A DNA stretch of 64,000 nucleotides from Candidatus Omnitrophota bacterium (lineage in GTDB: Bacteria; Omnitrophota; Gorgyraeia; Duberdicusellales; 4484-171), in the NCBI GenBank assembly GCA_037146775.1, contig JBAWWL010000001.1, positions 261,464 to 325,463 of the forward strand. The letters are read 5' to 3'. A model generated the notes under the pieces. That model did no database searches and was not told the origin of the DNA. It saw only the letters and a program-made list of their open reading frames with translations. The translations under genes and the position numbers were made by a program. Below, piece after piece: positions 10,997 to 19,232 of this stretch. Each line of letters opens with the position of its first letter. Position 1 is the first letter of the stretch.

Positions 10997-11029
10997 TTCA
11001 GCATTACATTTCTTTGATTCGGTAGCCCG

Positions 11030-12478
11030 ATGTATAAAAAAGTACTATTAATCAATCCTTCTGTGGCTGGCAGTTATCTTGGCCCTATCCGTCCGCCGGC
11101 AAGCTTGGGGTATATAGCCGAATATTTGGCTGCGCACAGCATAGCGTATGACGTTATCGATATGCGTCTTGGTTATCGAGTATCTGTCTTGTGGAGAAAG
11201 ATCGAGTCGGTAAAGCCTGACCTTATTGGTGTGCCAATATGGAGCTATAGATACAAAGAAACATATAACTTTATTCATGCTATCAAGCAGCGGTATCCCG
11301 CTATTGCCATAGCCAGTGGTGGTCCGCATGTTTCTACTTTACGCAAGGAAGTGCTTAAGGGTTGTCCTGAGATAGACTTTGGGGTTGTACTGGAGGGGGA
11401 GAATACGCTGGTAGAGTTATGCCAGGGCAGAGAACCTTCGAGTATCAAAGGTTTGTTATACCGCGATGCCGGAGAGGTAGTTTATACCGGAGAAAGAAAC
11501 TTCACCACAGAGCTCGACGGTGTGCCTTTCCCAAAATACGATAAATTTGAACTTAACAAATATCTCTTGAAGGAAATACTTGTTATTTCTTCGCGGGGTT
11601 GTCCGTTTGATTGTATATATTGCCCGGTGAGCTTGGCTATGGGCAAAGTTCTTAGGACTAGAAGCGCCGAAAACGTTGTTGATGAAATCGAATACTGGTA
11701 TAATAAAAATTACCGGCAGTTTAATTTCGGTGACGACAACTTTACTTTTGTAAAAGACAGGGTACATCGTATCTGCGATGAGATCCAAAAGCGCGGGCTA
11801 AGAAATTTAGACTTGCGTTGCGGCAACGGTATCCGGGCCGATAAGGTTGACAAGGCCTTACTTACACGCATGCGGGAAGTGGGGTTTACGTATATTGGCA
11901 TAGGCGTAGAGGCTGGTAATAACCGAGTTCTTGACAGTATTAAAAAACATGAACGCATCGAACATATCGAGCAGGCGATACAAGATGCGTGTGGGCTTGG
12001 CTATGATGTAACTCTGTTCTTCTTGGCAGGTTCTCCGGATGAGAGTTTGTCCGATATCAATGATTCAATAACTCTTGCCCAAAAGTATCCGGTTTTTGAC
12101 GCCAGATTCTATAATATCATACCGTATCCCGGTACAGAATTATTTGATTGGTTATCAAAAAACAATTATTTTTTGAGAAACTATCAAGATTACCTTAATG
12201 ATGCTTCGGTCTTTCTTAACCGGCCGCTTTTTACTACTCCGCAATTGGATGTTGCGCAAAGAATAGATTTGTTTCGCCGGTTACGCAGGGTTGAGAACGC
12301 TATTTTACGCAAAACTATTAAACGAAAAATGATAAAGCATAAGATCATAGGTTTTATTGCTGCCTACATTCTCACAAGTAGCTTATTCAGGTATCTGATA
12401 AGGCATAATAAGTATGTCCGTAATATGATCGAGTGGGCACGGTATAAATTTAGCTCTTCCAAACTTAAGGCGCTATGA
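11030..12478 (+). CDS. B12-binding domain radical SAM protein (class B radical SAM)
   Basis: There is an N-terminal cobalamin-binding-like Rossmann region followed by CxxxCxxC (CPFDCIYC). Confidence 0.8.
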   Translation: MYKKVLLINPSVAGSYLGPIRPPASLGYIAEYLAAHSIAYDVIDMRLGYRVSVLWRKIESVKPDLIGVPIWSYRYKETYNFIHAIKQRYPAIAIASGGPHVSTLRKEVLKGCPEIDFGVVLEGENTLVELCQGREPSSIKGLLYRDAGEVVYTGERNFTTELDGVPFPKYDKFELNKYLLKEILVISSRGCPFDCIYCPVSLAMGKVLRTRSAENVVDEIEYWYNKNYRQFNFGDDNFTFVKDRVHRICDEIQKRGLRNLDLRCGNGIRADKVDKALLTRMREVGFTYIGIGVEAGNNRVLDSIKKHERIEHIEQAIQDACGLGYDVTLFFLAGSPDESLSDINDSITLAQKYPVFDARFYNIIPYPGTELFDWLSKNNYFLRNYQDYLNDASVFLNRPLFTTPQLDVAQRIDLFRRLRRVENAILRKTIKRKMIKHKIIGFIAAYILTSSLFRYLIRHNKYVRNMIEWARYKFSSSKLKAL

Positions 12479-13599
12479 TAAAAGTCTTAATGTTCAACAA
12501 GCTTCATCATGCTTATCGGGGAGGGGTGGAGCGCTCCGTATGCACGCTTTGTAATGAATTAAAAGACAAAGTGGCGATTACGGTTCTTGCGGCGAACACC
12601 ATCTGTAAGACCGAGAGGGACAATCGGGATGGTTACCCGGTTATACGCGTTGCCAGTTTGGGTAGTATTATGTCTTCAGTACATTTAAGTTTTGGTATAC
12701 CTTTTTGGTGGAATAAAATCGATTATGACCTTGTACATTTCCATTTTCCTTCTCCGGTGGCAGAGCTGTACTGTCTTGCCTTAACCGACAGGAAAAAGCC
12801 CATAGTGGTTACGTATCATTCGGATATCGTCGGCCGCCGAGTTGCCTTAAGCGTATATCGGCCTTTTCTTCGGCAGTTTTTTAAGCGTACGAGCCGGATC
12901 ATCGCTACCTCTGAAGCGATGGTCGCGCAATCGCCTTTCTTGAGCGCTTTCAAGGAAAAATGTACGGTGATACCATTGGGAATTGATGTTGGAAAGTTTA
13001 ACGTCAATGAGGTTGTGCGTGCAGGCAGCAGGGCAATACAGGAAAAATTTTGTAAGCCGCTTGTGCTATTTGTGGGCAGGTTAGTGAAATATAAAGGCAC
13101 TGAGTATTTAATTAGGGCCATGCAGCATGTTCCGGCTGTTCTCTTGGTGGTAGGCGACGGCCCTGAGGCGCCAAGATTAAAAAAAATTGTTCAAGAGTGC
13201 GGTTTAGCCGACAAGGTTATTTTTCTTGGCGAAATCAGTGACGGCGATCTGCCGATATATTATCATGCATCTCAATGCGTGGTATTACCTTCTGTGGCGA
13301 ACAACGAGGCTTTTGGCATAACTCAATTGGAAGCCCAAGCTTGTGCAAGGCCGGTTATCAGTACCTCTTTGGTTACCGGAGTATCTTTTGTCAATCTTGA
13401 CGGTGTGACCGGTATTATTGTTCCTCCCCGTTCATCCGCCGCCTTGTCGGCGGCCATAAATAGATTGCTTGGCGACAGCGGTCTTTGCGCACGGCTTGGC
13501 CAGGCCGGCCGTCAGAGAGTAGAGGCACAATTCAGCAGCACTTTAATGGCAGAAAAAACATTTACTCTTTACAAGGAAGTTTTGTCTTCTGCCAGATAA
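12475..13599 (+). CDS. Glycosyltransferase family 4
   Basis: The C-terminal GT4 motif is present (NNEAFGITQLEAQACARPVISTS). It has an ATGA overlap with the upstream gene. Confidence 0.8.
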   Translation: MIKVLMFNKLHHAYRGGVERSVCTLCNELKDKVAITVLAANTICKTERDNRDGYPVIRVASLGSIMSSVHLSFGIPFWWNKIDYDLVHFHFPSPVAELYCLALTDRKKPIVVTYHSDIVGRRVALSVYRPFLRQFFKRTSRIIATSEAMVAQSPFLSAFKEKCTVIPLGIDVGKFNVNEVVRAGSRAIQEKFCKPLVLFVGRLVKYKGTEYLIRAMQHVPAVLLVVGDGPEAPRLKKIVQECGLADKVIFLGEISDGDLPIYYHASQCVVLPSVANNEAFGITQLEAQACARPVISTSLVTGVSFVNLDGVTGIIVPPRSSAALSAAINRLLGDSGLCARLGQAGRQRVEAQFSSTLMAEKTFTLYKEVLSSAR

Positions 13600-13671
13600 A
13601 AAAATACCAACGCATAAGAAGTCGTAAGCGGTCAGAAAAAAGCAGGATTGATATAAGTTTAGTAAGAGGCT

Positions 13672-14919
13672 ATGAGCATATCCAAATATATTTTTTTATC
13701 AATAATTATAAGTTTTTCACTGGTGTTATTGGGTGATAGCCTTGTTCTGCAAAGAACCGTAAATCCGCCAATCGCGCAATTTTCTCACGGTCAATCTGTA
13801 TATTTTATGAAAATTGGCGGCGACGCCGATTATTATTTACGCATGGCTCAAGGTGAATTCTCCACTGTTCCCGCGCCTTTTCGCTATCGTATTTTTCTTC
13901 CGTTTATCGCACATTTTTTACCGTTCGCATCACACACATCTTTTAAGTTAATTTCTTATGCCAGCCTTTTTATTCTGTATATTTTACTATTATTGCTTTG
14001 TAGAGATATGCATATTGCTCCGCTTCCGGCATTCTTTACTCTGTTTGCTTTTTTTGTCGCACCCTGGCAGTTATATATATATCATAATCCTTTTTATTTC
14101 GACGCTTTTGGCCTGCTTTTGATTACACTGATGATCTGGGCTTATCTCCATCGTTTTTTTCTTTTATTTCTTTTTGCGAGTATTATAGGAATATTTTCAC
14201 GAGAAAATACTATTTTTATAGCGCCATGGTGGGTTATGGCCAGGGAAAGGAAGAGGGGAATATTGGTTTTGGTGATAATATTGCTGGCATATATTCTTTC
14301 GCGTATTTTTTTATCGAGTTCGCTTACTCAGCCGTTTGCACAAGTGGTAGATGAGTTCTCAAAAATTAATATTATCAGCCAATTTTCGCACATACCTCGT
14401 TGGGGGGCTTTGGCTAATGTATGGGGGGGATATTGGTTGTTAGCAATGGCCGGGATTGGTTTATTACCCAATAAATTATTTATTTCATTGTCAGTCGGAT
14501 TTTTACTTATGTTTTGCGGCACGATAGTATCATTTTTTTTTGCTGCGGCTTATCAGCGTATGGTGCTATTCCTTTTGCCTTTTCTTTTCTGTTTTTGTGC
14601 ACCATTATTTTCCATATTGCTGCGCAGGCGGCTATTCGTTATTTTTATTTTTGTGCCTCTGCTTATCGCCAAATTATTTTGTGGCATGGCAACCGTGTTT
14701 ACGGCTTGGGATAGCTGGGTCTTTTCAAGTTTTTTGCCCAGAGGAATACTTTTGACAATAGATTTATTAATAAGCATTTATATTATCTACATGTTTCGCT
14801 TTGAAATATTTGCCGGGTTAAAAGAAAAAAAGAATTATTCTTTAGGGCATCTCTGGAGGGGGTCCGAATATATTAAAAAAAGAATAATATATGGTAATGA
14901 AAGGAGACTAAAATTATGA
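13672..14919 (+). CDS. Polytopic membrane protein (possible polysaccharide polymerase or GT-C-like)
   Basis: It is 415 aa with at least 10 hydrophobic helices. The first loop carries GGDADYY. I do not recognise the family. Confidence 0.4.
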   Translation: MSISKYIFLSIIISFSLVLLGDSLVLQRTVNPPIAQFSHGQSVYFMKIGGDADYYLRMAQGEFSTVPAPFRYRIFLPFIAHFLPFASHTSFKLISYASLFILYILLLLLCRDMHIAPLPAFFTLFAFFVAPWQLYIYHNPFYFDAFGLLLITLMIWAYLHRFFLLFLFASIIGIFSRENTIFIAPWWVMARERKRGILVLVIILLAYILSRIFLSSSLTQPFAQVVDEFSKINIISQFSHIPRWGALANVWGGYWLLAMAGIGLLPNKLFISLSVGFLLMFCGTIVSFFFAAAYQRMVLFLLPFLFCFCAPLFSILLRRRLFVIFIFVPLLIAKLFCGMATVFTAWDSWVFSSFLPRGILLTIDLLISIYIIYMFRFEIFAGLKEKKNYSLGHLWRGSEYIKKRIIYGNERRLKL

Positions 14920-15599
14920 AGATGATGGAGCGGATGAGAAGATGGTTTAAGCTGCGGTTTGCGATCACCTATCCTTTTGGGCTTTTTCTTTTGTTGTACT
15001 GTAGCCCCACACACCGGTCTTTTGTGGTGGGCATGGGGTTTATTATGGCGGGTTTACTCTGGCGGGTCTGGGCCAACGGTTATGCCATAAAAACAGAAAA
15101 GCTTACCACCAGCGGTCCTTATGCTTTTATGCGGCATCCGCTTTATTTCGGGACTATGTTGGTGGCCATAGGTTTTATGGTTATGTTGCGTACTTCCTTG
15201 GCTGGTTTTTGCTTTATTGTAATTATGTTATTGGTATATTATCGCACCATGAAAAACGAAGAGCGGGCCTTAACCGAAAAGTATGGCGATAAATACTTGC
15301 GTTATAAGTCCAAAGTTCCCGCGCTGTTCCCTGCTTTTTTCCCTTATCCGGAAGGGGAGAAATGGGCTTTTAGCATAAGAAGAGTTATAGAGAACACAGA
15401 GTATAAATTATTTTTTTGGGTCATCAACATCGCAATAATTTTTCGCCTCAAGGGATATTTTTTTATCGAACATGCAACATTCAGCGCTAAAATATGGTTA
15501 TTGATAGCATTATTTTTTATATTCGCCGCGGTTGACATAACAGGTGAGATTGTAAAGTGGCGGAGAAAGCGTGTGGCGGCAAAAATGCACCGCCAGTAG
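14916..15599 (+). CDS. Isoprenylcysteine carboxyl methyltransferase / phospholipid methyltransferase family protein
   Basis: It carries GPYAFMRHPLYFG, the hallmark of ICMT/PEMT-fold membrane methyltransferases. Confidence 0.65.
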   Translation: MKMMERMRRWFKLRFAITYPFGLFLLLYCSPTHRSFVVGMGFIMAGLLWRVWANGYAIKTEKLTTSGPYAFMRHPLYFGTMLVAIGFMVMLRTSLAGFCFIVIMLLVYYRTMKNEERALTEKYGDKYLRYKSKVPALFPAFFPYPEGEKWAFSIRRVIENTEYKLFFWVINIAIIFRLKGYFFIEHATFSAKIWLLIALFFIFAAVDITGEIVKWRRKRVAAKMHRQ

Positions 15600-15883
15600 A
15601 CAATGGTATTTAATCGACGCGCAGATAACCCTGGCAAAGCCAGGGCTAAAATGCGCCAAAGATTATCTTCCGGGATGCCTTTATACCGTAAAAATTTTCT
15701 ATCAAAATTTTCACGGAGCATCACGGAACCTATTGGCCGACGAGGTTGTGGGAAATTATCCTGTTCGTAAAACGAGCGTGAGAATTTCCCGCATATTCAG
15801 CCGAGTCGGGAATATCCAGAGAAACCACGGGCTTTAGTCCAGCAGACCGAAGGCCTAGTGGATAGCTCGCGGAGGTTCATTGT

Positions 15884-17074
15884 ATGAATAAATATGATAT
15901 AGCGGTTGTCGGCGGTGGGGCTTCCGGGATCGTGGCGGCTATCGCTGCGGTATCGAGAGGTGGGCGTGTAATTTTATTGGAAAAGAACAAGGCCGTTGCC
16001 AGAAAAGTAATGATCAGTGGTTCCGGCAGGTGCAACATCTTTAACGAGTGTTTAAACGAAGACCGCTATAATTCCGAAGCAAGATGCCTAGTTAAAAATA
16101 TTTTTTCTCGTTTCGGCAAGGCCGACATGGTGAGATTTTTCGAATCGCTGGGGTTAAGGCTGTATGCACAGGAGGGCAGAGTTTTCCCGGTCACTAACCA
16201 GGCAGCGTCGGTGGTGAAAGCTTTGGAGATAGAGCTTAAACGTTTGGCGGTGCCTGTCGAGTTTGATTTTGAAGCCATCCGTATTGTCGTCCAGCAAAAA
16301 GGTTTTGTGATCACGGCCTCATCGGGCAAGAATATTTTTGCTTCGCGCCTGATTATTGCCGGAGGCGGGAAAACCTACCCCGCCTTAGGCTCCGATGGCA
16401 AACTGTATGATATCGCCAGCCAGTTTCGTCATTCGATAGTCGAGCCAGTGCCAAGCGCTGTTCCTTTGGTGGTAAAACACAAGTTGTGCCATTTATTGCA
16501 GGGTCAAAAGATTTCGGCACGTGTACGGAGTATTATTTCCGACAAAATGAGCATCCAGATTGCCGGTGAATTGCTTTTTACGAAATACGGTTTATCGGGT
16601 ACGGCGATATTAGATGTGAGCGACGAAATATCTATCGCGGTTCATAGAAACAAAAATCAAGCTCAGGTTTCGGTTGATACAGTTCCTTTTATGGAATCGC
16701 AGATGTTAAAAGAATGGTTATGTGCGAGGATCAAGAGAGGGGTTAGAGAGGCCGATATGCTCATAGGGATATTGCCGAACAAATTTTCTCTTGTCTTAGA
16801 GCCTATCGTGCAGAAAAAGAATCTTGATGTCCTCGTTGCCGCATTGAAGGATATGCGTTTTACCGTAAGCGGTACGAGAGGGTGGAATGAAGCTGAATTT
16901 ACTTGTGGCGGTATTGACGTGCACGAGATTAATGCCGAAACCCTGGAATCAAACTTGCAAAAAGGATTATATTTTTGCGGAGAGATACTTGATGTGAACG
17001 GCGCCCGGGGCGGTTATAACCTAGCCTGGGCCTGGGCTTCGGGGCATGTGGCAGGAGAAGCGGCCGCAGCATAA
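15884..17074 (+). CDS. NAD(P)/FAD-dependent oxidoreductase, HI0933/BaiN-like flavoprotein
   Basis: An N-terminal GxGxxG is present (DIAVVGGGASGIVAA). The family pattern SGSGRCN is present, and the length is typical. A GGAGG Shine-Dalgarno lies 8 nt upstream. Confidence 0.8.
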   Translation: MNKYDIAVVGGGASGIVAAIAAVSRGGRVILLEKNKAVARKVMISGSGRCNIFNECLNEDRYNSEARCLVKNIFSRFGKADMVRFFESLGLRLYAQEGRVFPVTNQAASVVKALEIELKRLAVPVEFDFEAIRIVVQQKGFVITASSGKNIFASRLIIAGGGKTYPALGSDGKLYDIASQFRHSIVEPVPSAVPLVVKHKLCHLLQGQKISARVRSIISDKMSIQIAGELLFTKYGLSGTAILDVSDEISIAVHRNKNQAQVSVDTVPFMESQMLKEWLCARIKRGVREADMLIGILPNKFSLVLEPIVQKKNLDVLVAALKDMRFTVSGTRGWNEAEFTCGGIDVHEINAETLESNLQKGLYFCGEILDVNGARGGYNLAWAWASGHVAGEAAAA

Positions 17075-17104
17075 CGGTAATACAGGTTGAGTACCTAAAG
17101 AAGT

Positions 17105-17689
17105 ATGCGTACAATAATTCTTGCTTCGCGATCAACGGCGCGTAAAAGGCTGCTTAGGCAAACAGGCTTATCGTTTAAGGTTGCTGTCGCGCGGGTCAAA
17201 GAGAGCCACTCGCTTGAAAAAGGATGCCCGGCCCTGGTTATGGAAAATGCGCGTAAGAAAGCCGAAGTTGTCGCAGGCCGGTTCAGCTCCGGCATAGTGA
17301 TTGCCGCGGATACGGTGGTTTTGGTAGGAAACAAAATTATCGGCAAGCCAAGAAATATGCAGGATGCCTTTAGAACGCTGCAGTTACTTTCGAAAAGGCC
17401 GCAGTGGGTATATACTGGTTTGGCGGTTATAGATATTGATAACAAAAGACTGCGTATGGATTACGAAAAGACCAAAATATATATGTATCGTCTCACTGGC
17501 CGGCAGATCCGTAATTATTTTAAGCGGGTTTGCCCTCTGGACAAGGCCGGTAGTTTTGATATTCAGGGTTTAGGAGGCATTTTTATTGACCGGATCGAGG
17601 GTTGTTTTTATAATGTAGTTGGTTTGCCTCTGGCCAAGCTTGCAAAAATGCTGAGCAAAATGGGTTTAGATATTTTTGATGTGCGCTAA
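17105..17689 (+). CDS. maf: Maf-like nucleoside triphosphate pyrophosphatase
   Basis: The N-terminus (IILASRSTARKRLL) and the length (194 aa) are typical of Maf. Confidence 0.8.
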   Translation: MRTIILASRSTARKRLLRQTGLSFKVAVARVKESHSLEKGCPALVMENARKKAEVVAGRFSSGIVIAADTVVLVGNKIIGKPRNMQDAFRTLQLLSKRPQWVYTGLAVIDIDNKRLRMDYEKTKIYMYRLTGRQIRNYFKRVCPLDKAGSFDIQGLGGIFIDRIEGCFYNVVGLPLAKLAKMLSKMGLDIFDVR

Positions 17690-17701
17690 CAGGTGTTAGA
17701 T

Positions 17702-18601
17702 ATGAAACATATTCATAAGCCAAAACAAGTATTGGTTGCTGACAAGTTATCCGAGTATCGCTTGGTAGACAGAAAGAAGATAAAGGTTTGCATCGCGATT
17801 ACTTTTATAACTATGCTTGTGGAAATTATTGGCGGGATCATGACTAATAGTTTAGCTCTGATTAGTGACGCCGGACACATGTTTACACATTTCTTTGCTT
17901 TGGCGGTGAGTATGAGTGCGATGGCAGTTGCCGAGCGGCCGGCTTGTCATCACCGTACGTTCGGCTTTTATCGCATCGAAATACTCGCCGCGCTATTTAA
18001 TAGTTTATTTTTATTTGCGGCAACCATCTGGATTTTTATAGAGGGCATACGCAGGATTATGTACCCTAAAGAAATAGCTGGCTGGGAGATGTTTGTTGTT
18101 GCCTTGATTGGCCTGGTGGTGAATGTGGCCAGCGTCTTGATTTTGCACGGTTCTCGCCGGCACAACCTCAATATTAAAAGCGCATTTTTGCATATGGCGG
18201 CGGATACACTTTCGTCTGTTGCGGTTGTCGTCGGTGCAGTGGTCCTTTCTTTCACCGGATGGAACATCATCGATCCCATCTTGAGTATTGTTATCGCCGG
18301 CATGATTGCATTTTGGGGATGGGGGCTATTTAAAGACTCGGTGAATATTTTACTCGAAGCCGCACCAAAAGGTATCCATAGTGACGATATCCGTATTTCT
18401 TTGATGTGTGCCATTCCTCAGATAGAGGAGATCACTGATTTGCATGTGTGGGAGATCACTTCGAAAATGTATTCACTCACTGCGCATATCAAACTTAAAG
18501 ACGAGCCGGACCGCGGGGTAGCTCGGGAGATATTGCATAAAATTAGACATACGGTTAACGAACGTTTCGATATTGAGCACGTCACTATCGAATTTGATTA
18601 A
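17702..18601 (+). CDS. Cation diffusion facilitator family transporter (CzcD/ZitB-like)
   Basis: It has six transmembrane segments and the HxxxD motif in TM2 (ISDAGHMFTH) and TM5 (HMAADTLSS). An AGGTG Shine-Dalgarno precedes the ATG at 17702. Confidence 0.8.
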   Translation: MKHIHKPKQVLVADKLSEYRLVDRKKIKVCIAITFITMLVEIIGGIMTNSLALISDAGHMFTHFFALAVSMSAMAVAERPACHHRTFGFYRIEILAALFNSLFLFAATIWIFIEGIRRIMYPKEIAGWEMFVVALIGLVVNVASVLILHGSRRHNLNIKSAFLHMAADTLSSVAVVVGAVVLSFTGWNIIDPILSIVIAGMIAFWGWGLFKDSVNILLEAAPKGIHSDDIRISLMCAIPQIEEITDLHVWEITSKMYSLTAHIKLKDEPDRGVAREILHKIRHTVNERFDIEHVTIEFD

Positions 18602-18605
18602 TTTT

Positions 18606-19232
18606 ATGATAAAACCGCGTTATTTCAGAAACATAATTATTACGCCCAGGCATCAAGAAATATACAAGCGTCTTGGGTATCGTCATGGCGTTACGGGGAT
18701 CTTGCGTAAGCAAAAATATCTCATTGAGCGCTATATACAGGAAGCCGGGCCGCTATTAGCCATATGTGCAGGTTTTCAGCGCTTAGTTATCGTAAAGAAA
18801 AATAAAACCTCTATAGTGCTGTCTGGTGGGGTGCGTTTTCGTAGCAGGCTTCTGGTGCGTTTATTGCGAGATTGTGATGAAATGGTGTGTATGGCGGCTA
18901 CTGCCGGTAAAGGTATCGTGGAAGCTATTCAAAAAGAACAAAAAAAAGATTTTGTGCGCGCGGTCATTTTTGACGCGGTTGCCAGCGTCGCTGTCGATGC
19001 CTGCCTTGATTGGCTGCAAAATTATATCGCTCAAGGATTGCAGCGTCAGGGTAAGCAACTTCTTGGTAAGCGTATTTCCTGCGGCTATAGCGATTTTTCG
19101 CTCAGCAATCAAAAAATTATCTATCGTATGTTGAAATTGAAACGGTGCGGTATTACTATGACCAAGCAATATATGTTGATACCGGAAAAGTCAGTCACTG
19201 CCATTACTGGTATAATAACTGCGAAAATATGA
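18606..19232 (+). CDS. Methionine synthase reactivation (AdoMet-binding, Met_synt_B12-like) domain protein, free-standing
   Basis: RISCGYSDFSLSNQKIIYRML...TKQYMLIPEKSVTAITG aligns with the MetH C-terminal activation-domain blocks (GYPACPEH...LTESFAMWPGASVSG). Its stop overlaps the metH start codon (ATGA). Confidence 0.65.
   Translation: MIKPRYFRNIIITPRHQEIYKRLGYRHGVTGILRKQKYLIERYIQEAGPLLAICAGFQRLVIVKKNKTSIVLSGGVRFRSRLLVRLLRDCDEMVCMAATAGKGIVEAIQKEQKKDFVRAVIFDAVASVAVDACLDWLQNYIAQGLQRQGKQLLGKRISCGYSDFSLSNQKIIYRMLKLKRCGITMTKQYMLIPEKSVTAITGIITAKI

Noticed and set aside
13485-13736. An 83-aa ORF bridging the stop of the GT4 gene and the start of the membrane-protein gene, and similar short + strand ORFs at 15571-15837 and 46223-46411.
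   Set aside because: They overlap the 3' or 5' ends of better-supported genes or lie in intergenic DNA. They have no family similarity and no ribosome-binding site.
19145-19228. The track's longer metH start (MRYYYDQ...).
   Set aside because: It would overlap the upstream reactivation-domain gene by 88 nt. The conserved MetH N-terminus begins at MKEKIAQ (ATG at 19229), and that ATG forms an ATGA junction with the upstream stop.
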